DNA from: a virus
Taxonomy: Duplodnaviria > Caudoviricetes
Reading direction: 5' to 3' (one strand)
Virus record (IMG/VR): IMGVR_UViG_3300020045_005788
Location: 1 to 29,926 of that record
DNA length: 29,926 nucleotides
Positions 16,632-25,945 of this stretch are shown in pieces. The first letter of the stretch is position 1. Each line of letters opens with the position of its first letter. Under the pieces are notes generated by a model, which ran no database searches, was not told the DNA's origin, and saw nothing but the letters and a program-made list of their open reading frames with translations. Both the position numbers and the translations under genes were made by a program.

Positions 16632-18062
16632 ATGACGGAATTAACATGGCAAGATATTAAGCCGCAGGAAGGTAAGCAAACTCTCGCCTTCCGCCGCATT
16701 GACGAAGTAGATTTCATGGTGTTTGGTGGTGCTCGTGGGGCAGGTAAAACAGACCTCATCACCATGCTGCCACTGAAAGATTTGCATGACGGTTTTAGTA
16801 GATTTATTTATTTTCGAAGGGAATATGCTGAGATAATGGGGTCAAATGGACTCTGGGAGAAGGCTAGTAAATACTTCCCCTATTTTGACGGTAAGCCGCA
16901 TTTATCCGCTGCAAAATGGTCTTTCCCGTCTGGTGCATCTGTACGTTATAGTCACATGTTCCAAGAGTCTGATAAAGAGAGACACAAAGGGCTTGGTTAT
17001 ACAGGTATCTTCTTTGACGAGATTGACCATTTCTCCAAGGATCAGGTACAGTATCTTCTGACGTGTCTGCGTTCAGAGGCTAAACGTTCGAGCTACTGTG
17101 TCGGAACGGTCAACCCAGACCCGGACTCATGGGTTTTACCGTTGATTGAATGGTATCTGGATGAAAGGGGTTTTCCTGACGAAGAGAAGTGTGGAAAAAT
17201 AAGGCATTTCGTTGTCAAGGATGGGGAGTTTATCTTCTCCGACCATGAAGAGTCCTTCATGGAGACACACCCAGATATAGTCAACCCTTTTATACCGGGG
17301 CGCGGTAATGTTTACATCCGGCCAAAGCGGTTTACATTCATAAACGGCAACTGTTTTGACAACCCGATAAACTTAGCCAAAAACCCTACATATTTGTCGG
17401 AGCTGAATAGCCTCCCGGATCACGAACGTGATAGGCAACTTTGGGGGAACTGGTATGCCAGACCTGCTGGAAGTAACTACTTCCAACGAGATTGGCTTGT
17501 ACCCGTTGACAAAATCCCCTTCGGGACGAGGAAGTGCAGAGCTTGGGATAAGGCATCCTCAGAGCCTTCAGATACAGTGCCATCCCCCGACTTCACGGCT
17601 TGCAGCCCTATAGTGCATAAATGCAAGAATGGGTACTTCTACCTTGAGTGGAGTGTCTTAGACAACATCTGTGACGATGTAGGAGCCAAGAACGCTGACC
17701 CTGAGGTAAAGGGGCGCTTTAGAAAGCGCGCTGGCGAGCGTGACAGGATGATACTTCAGCAGTCCATTGCTGACGGTGTTGACTGTAAGATAGTTATTGC
17801 GATTGATCCGGGATCGAATGGTAAGGATGCTTTTGAGTCAATGGCCAAAAGTTTTGTATCGGAAGGGTTCCAAGTGGTGTCTGACCCGATGCCATCTACG
17901 AAAAGCAAGATGATACGTTTTGAGCCTTTTGCAACAGCAGCTCAGAATGGTTTAGTTAGGGTATTAAAAAGTTCATTCCCGAATGAGAAGACATACAACG
18001 CCTTTATGAAGGAGTTGGAAGCCTTTAACGGGGAGAGATCAACGTCAACAAGAAAAGACGAT
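16632..18062 (+). CDS. terL: Terminase large subunit, exon 1
   Basis: PQEGKQ, Walker A GGARGAGKT, Walker B IFFDE, TVNPD, RAWDKA, D.TA, K..RFEP, EL..F....RKDD, then broken by the intron. Confidence 0.93.
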
Positions 18063-18397
18063 TAACGCAAAAGCAAAGTTGTCTATAAACCTCTTTAATT
18101 GCTGGAAACCCTGCCGTATATACGCCAGACAATCAGCAGCGAAGCCCGATAAGGGAACGTTCAACGACCATCGAAATCACGGGAAACCGGAAGAGAGTAG
18201 AGTAGGGGTTAAGTAACCCCGAAAAGGGAGGCTCTGGATACAGAGAAGATATGGTCTAATCTGCATGGTGACATGCAGCTTCAATTTAAACAAGTGTCCA
18301 TAAATCCAACGGTGCAAAAACCGGCTTGGGGAAATACAAGAGGACACTCCTCAAATTGAAGGGCAATGATTAACGATCTTTGTCTAATAGAAAAATG
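18063..18397 (+). mobile_element. Group I self-splicing intron (IA2-like), no homing endonuclease ORF
   Basis: P1 GACGAU/GUUGUC with U-G at the splice site; P AATTGCTGGAAA, Q AATCAGCAG, R GTTCAACGACCA, S AAGATATGGTC; P8 and P9 hairpins; terminal G18397; P10 GCAAA/UUUGC. Confidence 0.93.
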
Positions 18398-18532
18398 TTT
18401 GCAGACGCAACAGCATCCGCTTTTAACTTTATAAATAAATCCCGCAACATTGACATTGTTGTGCGTAACCAGACAACTACACAAACTCTATCGTCTAGTG
18501 TCTTACATGAGATGAATTTCACGATAGATTAG
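18398..18532 (+). CDS. terL: Terminase large subunit, exon 2 (44 aa)
   Basis: FADATASAFNFINKSRNIDIVVRNQ...TID*. Splicing restores RKDD-FADA...AFN; spliced product 521 aa. Confidence 0.9.
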   Translation, partial: FADATASAFNFINKSRNIDIVVRNQTTTQTLSSSVLHEMNFTID

Positions 18533-18558
18533 CAAAGCCTTAGAGGGGCCAAGAGAGA

Positions 18559-18879
18559 ATGGAAAAGAAGATAATCACCGAGCGCAGACGCGATCCACAC
18601 GGTGTGGCGTCATTCTTCAAGCGGATTCAAGAATCCTTGGATGATGGCTGGCGGTTTGTTGATGCAACAAAATGGAGCGAGATGCCGTCGTTGTTTCCTG
18701 TCCTGACAGTGTGGATGTGTAAAGGTGAAGCCCCCGCGGTTGAGCCTGTACAGGATGCCGAAGAGCAAATGGAAAATGTCGTCGATGACGTTGCTGACGA
18801 AACTGTCGCCAGCCAGCCAGAAGAAAAGCAGAACCGGCCCGGAAGAAAGCCCTCAAAAGTTGGCCAATATAAAAAATAA
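18559..18879 (+). CDS. Hypothetical protein with acidic and low-complexity C-terminus
   Basis: ORF between terL and portal with a purine-rich SD. Confidence 0.7.
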   Translation: MEKKIITERRRDPHGVASFFKRIQESLDDGWRFVDATKWSEMPSLFPVLTVWMCKGEAPAVEPVQDAEEQMENVVDDVADETVASQPEEKQNRPGRKPSKVGQYKK

Positions 18880-18893
18880 TCTTGGAGCGATAG

Positions 18894-20468
18894 ATGCCAG
18901 ATAAGAATGTTAGAAAGGCTGAGACATCTGGCAGGGTTATCGTTCCCACCAGCAGGGAAACAGGTCAACCTCTTGCCATTACAAGCTCTTATTTTATACA
19001 AGAGGCAAAGAAGACGGAGCTTCGGATGCCAGCAAGGTTAACAACCTTTGACGTAATGAGCGAGGACGATGCGGTATTCAACTCGATTGATTATACCAAC
19101 CTCCATGTTGCAAACGCCCTCTGGAAGGGAAAGGTTGTTCCTAAGAGAACGCAGACGAGCAAGATAGCGGCTGAATTCCTTAATTACTGCCTTCACAACA
19201 TGTCCAGTGGCACATGGTATGAGGCTGTAAACAGTGCATGCGCCGACTTGAAATATGGTTTCTCCCTGCAGAATTTCATCATCGAGAAAAGAAATAGGGG
19301 TCAGTATCCCGGCAGCTATGTCTTGAAGAAGTTGTCCCCCCGAAACCAGCATACTGTTGCTGGATGGGTATGGGATGATAATTTCAGAGATGTCATCGGT
19401 TTTGTGCAGAAGCCTATGACGCGACAGGTTACAAACCACCTGTGGGTGGATGACGGCCTGACGAGGCTCACAGCTGCAAGGTGGCAGGAAACCGGCTACA
19501 ACCTTTTGTGGAATAACCAATACCTCCACTATCGGCATAATCCGTCAGATGGAAACCCGCAAGGTGATCCACCCCTCTTGCATTGCTACAATGCTTGGAA
19601 GGAAAAGAGGCTCATTGAGAAATATGAGCTTGTGGGCGTTAGCAAGGATTTAGGTGGCTCAATCGTTCTTAGGGTGCCATCGGAGCTTATCCGCCAAGCC
19701 AATGACCCCGCCAACTACCCCGCAGCCGCAGCGGAGTATGCAGCCTTGCAAGCCAATGCAGCAGCTCTACACGCTGGCGAGAGCGTCCTTATTGTTCTCA
19801 CATCTGACACGGATGACGTGAGTAATAAGTACCTTTACGACTTCGATCTTAAGGGTATTGATGGTGGAGGTAAGCAGTATAACACTTCGGACATTATTGA
19901 CCAGAAAAGAAAAAGCATTTACAACGTATTCGGTACAGGTTTCTTGCTGCTTGGTCAAAGCACTGTTGGATCATATAACCTCAGCTCATCTGGAACATCC
20001 ACTCACGGATTTTACGTTGAGAGGTGCATTAACCAGAAAGTTGATGTGATCAATACGCAGCTCATCCCGCGCCTTCTGGCGGCTAATGACATCCGCCTTG
20101 ATTGGAAGGACATGCCTGAGTTTATCCCATCTGAAACGGGAGAGATTGATTTTGACATCTGGGGCAAATTTATCCAGCGTTCTAAATCGGTTAATGCTCT
20201 GACGAAGGAAGCCCTTGAGTATATCTACGAGAAGGCTGGCCTTCCTTTAGACGGGCTTGATGAGATTGACTTCTCTGACAAAGGTCAGAGTAGGGCTGGT
20301 GAGAGCATGGGCACATCTGGAACGGGTAGCTCACAGCAGGGTTATGATGCCTCCACAGCGAACAACGAGAACGCTGCCACTAAGTCACTTGTCGTTGACA
20401 AAGTGACGGATGATGAGGTGGTGCTGATTGACACTAACACAGGGAATCCCTTGCATATTCCGCGATAG
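18894..20468 (+). CDS. Portal protein
   Basis: 524 aa, after terL; D..V, A.FL.YCL, YGFS, NP.G.PPL..CY.AWKEK, IN.QLIP.L...N. Confidence 0.85.
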   Translation: MPDKNVRKAETSGRVIVPTSRETGQPLAITSSYFIQEAKKTELRMPARLTTFDVMSEDDAVFNSIDYTNLHVANALWKGKVVPKRTQTSKIAAEFLNYCLHNMSSGTWYEAVNSACADLKYGFSLQNFIIEKRNRGQYPGSYVLKKLSPRNQHTVAGWVWDDNFRDVIGFVQKPMTRQVTNHLWVDDGLTRLTAARWQETGYNLLWNNQYLHYRHNPSDGNPQGDPPLLHCYNAWKEKRLIEKYELVGVSKDLGGSIVLRVPSELIRQANDPANYPAAAAEYAALQANAAALHAGESVLIVLTSDTDDVSNKYLYDFDLKGIDGGGKQYNTSDIIDQKRKSIYNVFGTGFLLLGQSTVGSYNLSSSGTSTHGFYVERCINQKVDVINTQLIPRLLAANDIRLDWKDMPEFIPSETGEIDFDIWGKFIQRSKSVNALTKEALEYIYEKAGLPLDGLDEIDFSDKGQSRAGESMGTSGTGSSQQGYDASTANNENAATKSLVVDKVTDDEVVLIDTNTGNPLHIPR

Positions 20469-20486
20469 GGTAGGGAATGAAAATAG

Positions 20487-21224
20487 ATGACAAGCAATAA
20501 AATAGAGAAGGCTCTATATAATGATAAACATGCAGCTTTAAGCCGCGCATGTGGATCAAAATTTAATAAAAGTGAGAACGGTGAATACTACTGGGTGACG
20601 GACTTTGATGATGAGTATGTCTACATCTGCGAGTCTGGTGAGGTCTATCGTTGTACGTACACATACTACGCTAGCGGTGATGTAACACTCGGCGACGAGA
20701 TGGTTCATGTTAACAGACAAACAGAGTACGTCGTATCTTCTGTTCAAGAAGATGAAGACGAGATGATGGAAAAGTCTGTTGAAAGCGCCATGATCAAATT
20801 CTTCAAGAAGCATTTTGGTGGAAGCACAAGAGGTGACGTCCTCCCCACTATCAAGGCGCTCAACGAAGAAGAAATGATCGCTGTTGAGCCGATGTATGTC
20901 CCGCCTGAAACGCCCGATGGTGTTGGCGAGGGGATGAAGGAAGAGCACATCCGCAAGATGGTTGACAGTGCTAATAGGGCCATTTCCGATGGCCGGATGA
21001 AGGCAAATCTATTCCACAAGAAAACCACTGACAAGTTCTCCTTTTTGCGTGCATGGGTAAATGAGTGTGATTGCATAATTGGTGAGTCCTTAGTTAAGAA
21101 GGGGCAGCCTATCGTGGAAGTGCAATTCAATGACAAAGCCCTCTGGGAAGCACGTAAGAGTGGAAAAATCATGGGACTCTCAATCGGAGCAAAATGTAAG
21201 TCCAAGAGGAAGGTAGATGGCTAA
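20487..21224 (+). CDS. Prohead protease, XkdF-like
   Basis: E.MY.P...D..GE, N.FH, LWE..KSG...GLSIG; follows portal. Confidence 0.8.
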   Translation: MTSNKIEKALYNDKHAALSRACGSKFNKSENGEYYWVTDFDDEYVYICESGEVYRCTYTYYASGDVTLGDEMVHVNRQTEYVVSSVQEDEDEMMEKSVESAMIKFFKKHFGGSTRGDVLPTIKALNEEEMIAVEPMYVPPETPDGVGEGMKEEHIRKMVDSANRAISDGRMKANLFHKKTTDKFSFLRAWVNECDCIIGESLVKKGQPIVEVQFNDKALWEARKSGKIMGLSIGAKCKSKRKVDG

Positions 21225-21876
21225 TTTAAATAAGATCAACAATAAAGTTGGCGTATATCTCGAAGATGTACATTTTGACTTTGAAGGCGAAGAAGGTAAT
21301 GACTCAAGTTACCCGCACATTGCTTATACATCAGGTGATGGTGCATGCAGCTTGATGAACGAAGCATTCTTACTGAAATCCAAAGAGGGTTTTAGCGAAG
21401 AAGAGGCTAAGCTCTTGGCTGAGCTTGGTATTGAACCCTCTGGTGATTCTTCCCGCTGTACCAAGGGAAGGGCAGGGGAAGAACTAGAAGAAACTAAAAT
21501 GGAGAAAGACAGCGACATGTCTCCCGAGCAAGAGCAACTGATGAGATCTCTCAAAGAAGAGAACGAAGCCCTCCGCAAGCAATTGCAGACAGGCGAAATT
21601 AAAGAGCAAGTGGCTAAATTTGGTGTGGTCTCCGACAAGGAAGAGGCACTGATCCGGGCACTGGTTGAAATTAACACTGAGCAGAAATGCGCCATCATTG
21701 CCGTGATGGAAGACCTGTTGTCATCTAAGGAAGAGGCTATCAAGAAGGCACTTCCTACAGAAGAGAATCTGCTCGCAAAGCAGCTTGAGAATGAAGTTGG
21801 CGATGCAGGGGCACCAGTTAAAAAGTCATTTGCTGAGCAAGTGGCCCAATCCCGTGAAGCTCAGAAAAAGCAATAA
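21217..21876 (+). CDS. Putative capsid scaffolding protein
   Basis: Acidic coiled-coil C-half; position between protease and decoration/capsid genes. Confidence 0.6.
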   Translation: MANLNKINNKVGVYLEDVHFDFEGEEGNDSSYPHIAYTSGDGACSLMNEAFLLKSKEGFSEEEAKLLAELGIEPSGDSSRCTKGRAGEELEETKMEKDSDMSPEQEQLMRSLKEENEALRKQLQTGEIKEQVAKFGVVSDKEEALIRALVEINTEQKCAIIAVMEDLLSSKEEAIKKALPTEENLLAKQLENEVGDAGAPVKKSFAEQVAQSREAQKKQ

Positions 21877-21894
21877 CTAAGGAGTTAAATAATA

Positions 21895-22557
21895 ATGACA
21901 CTGAATGCAACTGGCCGCAAGCACGTTTCCGAACTTGTCAAAGGCTATACCAAATTTGAATCTGGCCAAGGTGTAAACTACTGTTTCGCCACCGTCAACT
22001 GCGAAGGCTCAGGCGATGTAGAGCCTATCGGCACACTGGTGAAGTGGTCAAACACTGATTCGGCTTTTAAACCTATTACTGTAAACCCTGACTGGGCTGC
22101 CTCAACCGCCTATGCAGCGGGTGCTGTAGTCAAACCTGCCACACAGAATGGCCTTGAGTACGTCTGTATCACCGCTGGCACCAGTAACAACACCGAGGGT
22201 GAGCCGACCTTCCCGACTGTTCCCGGCGCAACTGTAACGGAGACTGACGGCGTTGTGTGGATGGCCCGCGAGCCGTACGGCAATGATGTAACCAGCCCAC
22301 TGCCGAACCACGCCTCAATCTGCATCACTGTCGGTTCTAAAGAGGGCTTTGGCTTTAATAAGGACGATGTCACCCTTTCTGGCACTTCAGTCAAAATGAC
22401 TGTGCTCTACCGTGGTGAAGCAAGCATTGTTACGGAAGGTGTTGAGTGGGGCGCTATCGCCGCAGCCGACAAATCGGAGATTTCTGCTCGTCTTGAGAAG
22501 CAAGGCATCCGCGTAGAAACTTCAGCCACTGCTGTCGTTCCGTCACATATCGCTTAA
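21895..22557 (+). CDS. Head decoration protein with an inserted WxAxTxYxxG module
   Basis: Immediately before the capsid gene; IGTLV and VLYRG.A.I core with an insert at about 22093-22260. Confidence 0.7.
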   Translation: MTLNATGRKHVSELVKGYTKFESGQGVNYCFATVNCEGSGDVEPIGTLVKWSNTDSAFKPITVNPDWAASTAYAAGAVVKPATQNGLEYVCITAGTSNNTEGEPTFPTVPGATVTETDGVVWMAREPYGNDVTSPLPNHASICITVGSKEGFGFNKDDVTLSGTSVKMTVLYRGEASIVTEGVEWGAIAAADKSEISARLEKQGIRVETSATAVVPSHIA

Positions 22558-22576
22558 TAACGGAGAATAATAAATA

Positions 22577-23662
22577 ATGAAAATCACAGCTAGTGAAATT
22601 AGCTACGACGTTAGCAAGGCTCTCGGTGCGTCACAAGCAAACGCATTCCAGATGGAGGACATCACTCCAGCCCTTACGCGCAGCTATGTAAAACCCGGCC
22701 TGCTGACTGCCCTGCTGGCCCCTCAGCAAGAGCTCCTGCTGACCGACACATTCAAGTTTGATCGTACCGATTCCACTGTGGCGCTGCCTGACGGTAAGTC
22801 CTATATGGCACTCGGCAATGACATTGCAAAGGATCGTCCGAAGCAGTATCTGTACTCGGTTCCTTCTTTCGGTATCAAGTTTAATGTGGCCCCCGGCGAC
22901 TATGCCAACCGTCGTAAGCCAGGCACCAATGAGCTGATGCAAGAAGCTGATGTCGTAGCAGCTATGACTGTCAAGGCTGACGATGCTTGGGCACTGTTTG
23001 AAGAGCTGGCCATTGCTCAGTTGGTCACTGCTGATACTAACATTGTACGTGGTGGCCCGTTCACCGTTTACAACTTCCACACTGAACTGGAAGGTGGTGC
23101 TCGTGCAGCAGCTACCGACATGAATCTGGATGGGGCCAATATTGACTTCTACCAAACCTTCCGCGAGCAACGCCGCTTGCTGACTCAAACACTGCAACGT
23201 GCTGGTGACAGCGCTAGTCAGATCGTTTGTGTCTGTGGTGATACGTTCTTCGATCTGCGTTACGCAGTGGAGCAGAAGTCTGGCCTGGCACGTGAAATCA
23301 AGTTTGGTCTTGATCTGGCTTCACAGCCAATCAGTGAATCATCTTTTGGTGCAGGCACGTATAACTATGCCTACTTCGACTCAATGGATGGTATTCGCTA
23401 CATCAACTACGGCTCAGAGATCATTGCTGGCCAGAAGTTGATTGGCGATGCAGATGCCTACCTGATCCCGCTGGGCGCACGCAACCTGATTCGCTCAGTG
23501 TATGCCCCTGCCCAAACCCGCGAGTATGTGAACACTCAAGCCATGAAGCGTTATGCTTGGTCTATGGTGGACAACCGTCAAGGTGTCACCGTTATCCAAG
23601 AGAGTAACTTCCTGCCTGCTCTGCTCACCCCGGCTGCAATTCGCCACTTGACCACCACCTGA
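22577..23662 (+). CDS. Major capsid protein (lambda gpE-like family)
   Basis: 361 aa, strong SD, biased codons, VCVCG..FFD, YAP, ESNFLP...P C-terminus; followed by a terminator. Confidence 0.85.
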   Translation: MKITASEISYDVSKALGASQANAFQMEDITPALTRSYVKPGLLTALLAPQQELLLTDTFKFDRTDSTVALPDGKSYMALGNDIAKDRPKQYLYSVPSFGIKFNVAPGDYANRRKPGTNELMQEADVVAAMTVKADDAWALFEELAIAQLVTADTNIVRGGPFTVYNFHTELEGGARAAATDMNLDGANIDFYQTFREQRRLLTQTLQRAGDSASQIVCVCGDTFFDLRYAVEQKSGLAREIKFGLDLASQPISESSFGAGTYNYAYFDSMDGIRYINYGSEIIAGQKLIGDADAYLIPLGARNLIRSVYAPAQTREYVNTQAMKRYAWSMVDNRQGVTVIQESNFLPALLTPAAIRHLTTT

Positions 23663-23707
23663 GCCTAGGGCGTGTAATGCGCCCTCTTAGTGTGATTTAG
23701 ACAAAAG

Positions 23708-23735
23708 GGGGCTTGTGTTAGCAAGCCCCTTATTT
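23708..23735 (+). terminator. Terminator after the capsid gene
   Basis: GGGGCTTG-TGTTAG-CAAGCCCC-TTATTT; a second hairpin lies at about 23667-23685. Confidence 0.7.
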
Positions 23736-23746
23736 CAGGAGAAATA

Positions 23747-24172
23747 ATGGCCACAATTGATAGAGAACAATTGGTAGCGGATGCTAATTTCTGGCTTCCT
23801 CCTGCGAACACTCTCACAGATACAGACATCCTCACCGTAGGTGAGTTAGTCATCACACAAGTTGGTGATGATAGCGGCAAATACGCCGAAGTTTTGTGCA
23901 AGACATTAAAGGCTTGTGCAGTAAAGAATTTAACAATCGCTGTTACGTCTGCTGGCGCTAAGAAACGTCAGAGAATTGGTGACAACGAGACAGAATATTT
24001 TAATGGGTCAATTAAAGCAAGCTGGCAAGACTATATAGAGTCCCTTGCTGATATTTGCCCCTTGTTTGGCTACATGCCTTCAGTAGCTATCGGGATGTAT
24101 ATTAACCCCGGGGATGCCATAGACGTATTTGAAGGCGCATTTGAAGACACAGACGAAGACGCATACCTATAA
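23747..24172 (+). CDS. Head-tail adaptor (probable)
   Basis: Position after the capsid gene; K..RIGD.E.EY and W..YI..L..ICP motifs. Confidence 0.6.
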   Translation: MATIDREQLVADANFWLPPANTLTDTDILTVGELVITQVGDDSGKYAEVLCKTLKACAVKNLTIAVTSAGAKKRQRIGDNETEYFNGSIKASWQDYIESLADICPLFGYMPSVAIGMYINPGDAIDVFEGAFEDTDEDAYL

Positions 24173-24181
24173 GGAATAAAA

Positions 24182-24430
24182 ATGGCCGTACAACATTGGG
24201 CGCTGACACATCCAGCCTATAAATATGTGCTAGTTGTACCAGATGACGATAATGACTTGCCGGATGGTGCATGTAAGGCATTACTTGTTACCACAGCAGG
24301 AACAGCGAATTTAATGGATATTTACGGAACCACTGTTAACGGTGTTCCAGTCTTTGCAGGGTACAACCCGCTACAGTGTTTGCGCGTACTTACTGGCGGA
24401 ACAGCAACCGGTATTTTTGCTCTCTATTAA
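24182..24430 (+). CDS. Head spike base protein (RcGTA Rcc01079-like)
   Basis: V.P.D..DL.....AL.V..AG........G..V....AG..PLQ..RV..TGGTATGI.ALY. Confidence 0.75.
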   Translation: MAVQHWALTHPAYKYVLVVPDDDNDLPDGACKALLVTTAGTANLMDIYGTTVNGVPVFAGYNPLQCLRVLTGGTATGIFALY

Positions 24431-24440
24431 GAGGTGGTGA

Positions 24441-24599
24441 ATGGCTGCAAATATGTCAGGTATTGGCATCGGGCTTGGTATTGACATGACAACATTCTTC
24501 ATCTCCCAAGATGACCTTATTATCCCTTGGCTGCTTGACGGCGGTGTCTGGAATGATGACGGCATCTGGGTTGATTCTGAGACTTGGCAGGACTCCTAA
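24441..24599 (+). CDS. 52-aa spike-linker-like peptide (not in ORF track)
   Basis: GAGGTGG SD; MAANMSGIGIGLGIDM...WLLDGGVWNDDGIWVDSETWQDS*; TAATG coupling to the next gene. Confidence 0.7.
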   Translation: MAANMSGIGIGLGIDMTTFFISQDDLIIPWLLDGGVWNDDGIWVDSETWQDS

Positions 24600-25852
24600 T
24601 GGCACAACAAACAATAAACAACGGTGATTCAGGCTTATCGGCTCGCAACAAGCTAAATGCCAATTACACAGAGCTTTACGCTGGCATCCTCAGCAACGCC
24701 GTGATTGTAAAAAGTGAAGCTGACTTACCAGCCCTTGACGGCGGCGTACACCCTCTTGTAGATGGAACCACCTACATCATTGACGGCAATGTCACAATTG
24801 CCAACCCGGTGACATTGACCAGTTCCAGCATATCATTTTCTTCAAACGGTACACTGTCCAATTCCCTATCCTATTCAGGGCTTGGAACAATGTTTACAGG
24901 GGTGGACTCAAACCTGTTCATCTCAGGGATGGGCCTTAATGCGCCTAACGGGACGATGTTTAATATGTCATCCCCCGGAGGGGCTAAGACTAAGATTCTT
25001 GCAATACAGGACTTCTTGATCAACGATGTGAAAGTGCTTGGCACTGTACAAGACATGCTGACAATTGGCTTGCTCCGTGGACAGTTTACCAGCATCACAC
25101 AGAACGGGCTTTCCTTCGTTGGTTCCTTCCAACAGTTCGTTTCTGACACCATCAGTAATGACAATAACGTTGGAACATTCCTTAATCTTGGAACAGCAAC
25201 ATTTGACTTCTTTGATTTAGATAATTACAACTTCACCCACGGTGCATCTGGACTCTCCTCCGTGTTTCTTTCTGGGGCAGTCAACTCAGCTAACATTGTG
25301 CAGGGTGGGGCGGGAAAGATTTCAGATGGTGTCCTTAGTGGCCCCGGAACAGATCGTGTAGGTATTACAAGCGAAGACTTGCATTGGTCATTCCAGAATA
25401 ATACGCGCATGCAAGACACCCTTGCAGATGCAATGGCGGCCTTCTCGGGTAATGCACTGGTTACGACTATTGTAACACAGAGCGTAGCAGTCCCTGTTAA
25501 TGCTGTATGGACAGACGTTCGATCCTCTGGCTTCACTGTGTCATCTGACGGAGAGATCATCTATCTTGGGGATCGCCCTGTTGTCCACCCTATTGACATC
25601 AACCTGAGTGTTGAGTCTGTATCTGGAACCAACAAGGTTATCGCTATCTACTTAGCAATGGACACCGGCTCTGGCTATTCAGTCATCGCCGAATCAAAAA
25701 GAACTAACAAAGTGAGTGCATCTGATCCGAGGAACACGTCAGTTATCTGGCAGACGCTAATCAACCAAGGTGACAAGATCAAGGCTTACATTGCCAACAC
25801 CACAGATGCTGTTGATCTGGTAGTCCTTGACGGTGGAATACGCATCCGGTAG
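24599..25852 (+). CDS. Fibre/spike protein
   Basis: Start moved to ATG 24599. N-terminal I.NGD.G...R.KLN.N..ELY motif, beta-helix-like middle, beta-sandwich-like C-terminus. Confidence 0.7.
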   Translation: MAQQTINNGDSGLSARNKLNANYTELYAGILSNAVIVKSEADLPALDGGVHPLVDGTTYIIDGNVTIANPVTLTSSSISFSSNGTLSNSLSYSGLGTMFTGVDSNLFISGMGLNAPNGTMFNMSSPGGAKTKILAIQDFLINDVKVLGTVQDMLTIGLLRGQFTSITQNGLSFVGSFQQFVSDTISNDNNVGTFLNLGTATFDFFDLDNYNFTHGASGLSSVFLSGAVNSANIVQGGAGKISDGVLSGPGTDRVGITSEDLHWSFQNNTRMQDTLADAMAAFSGNALVTTIVTQSVAVPVNAVWTDVRSSGFTVSSDGEIIYLGDRPVVHPIDINLSVESVSGTNKVIAIYLAMDTGSGYSVIAESKRTNKVSASDPRNTSVIWQTLINQGDKIKAYIANTTDAVDLVVLDGGIRIR

Positions 25853-25945
25853 GAATAAATAAAATGACAGTCTACTGTGAAGTAAAAGACAAGAACGGTG
25901 TCATTACTTTCAGTGGGTTTCTTGAACCATCCACTTGGAAGAAAG

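Noticed and set aside
16632-18065. terL as a truncated gene or pseudogene, or stop-codon readthrough
   Set aside because: A complete group I intron core and an in-frame exon 2 explain the stop.
18281-18484. Minus-strand 67-aa ORF as an intron homing endonuclease
   Set aside because: It is antisense, has no HNH, GIY-YIG or LAGLIDADG motif, and overlaps exon 2.
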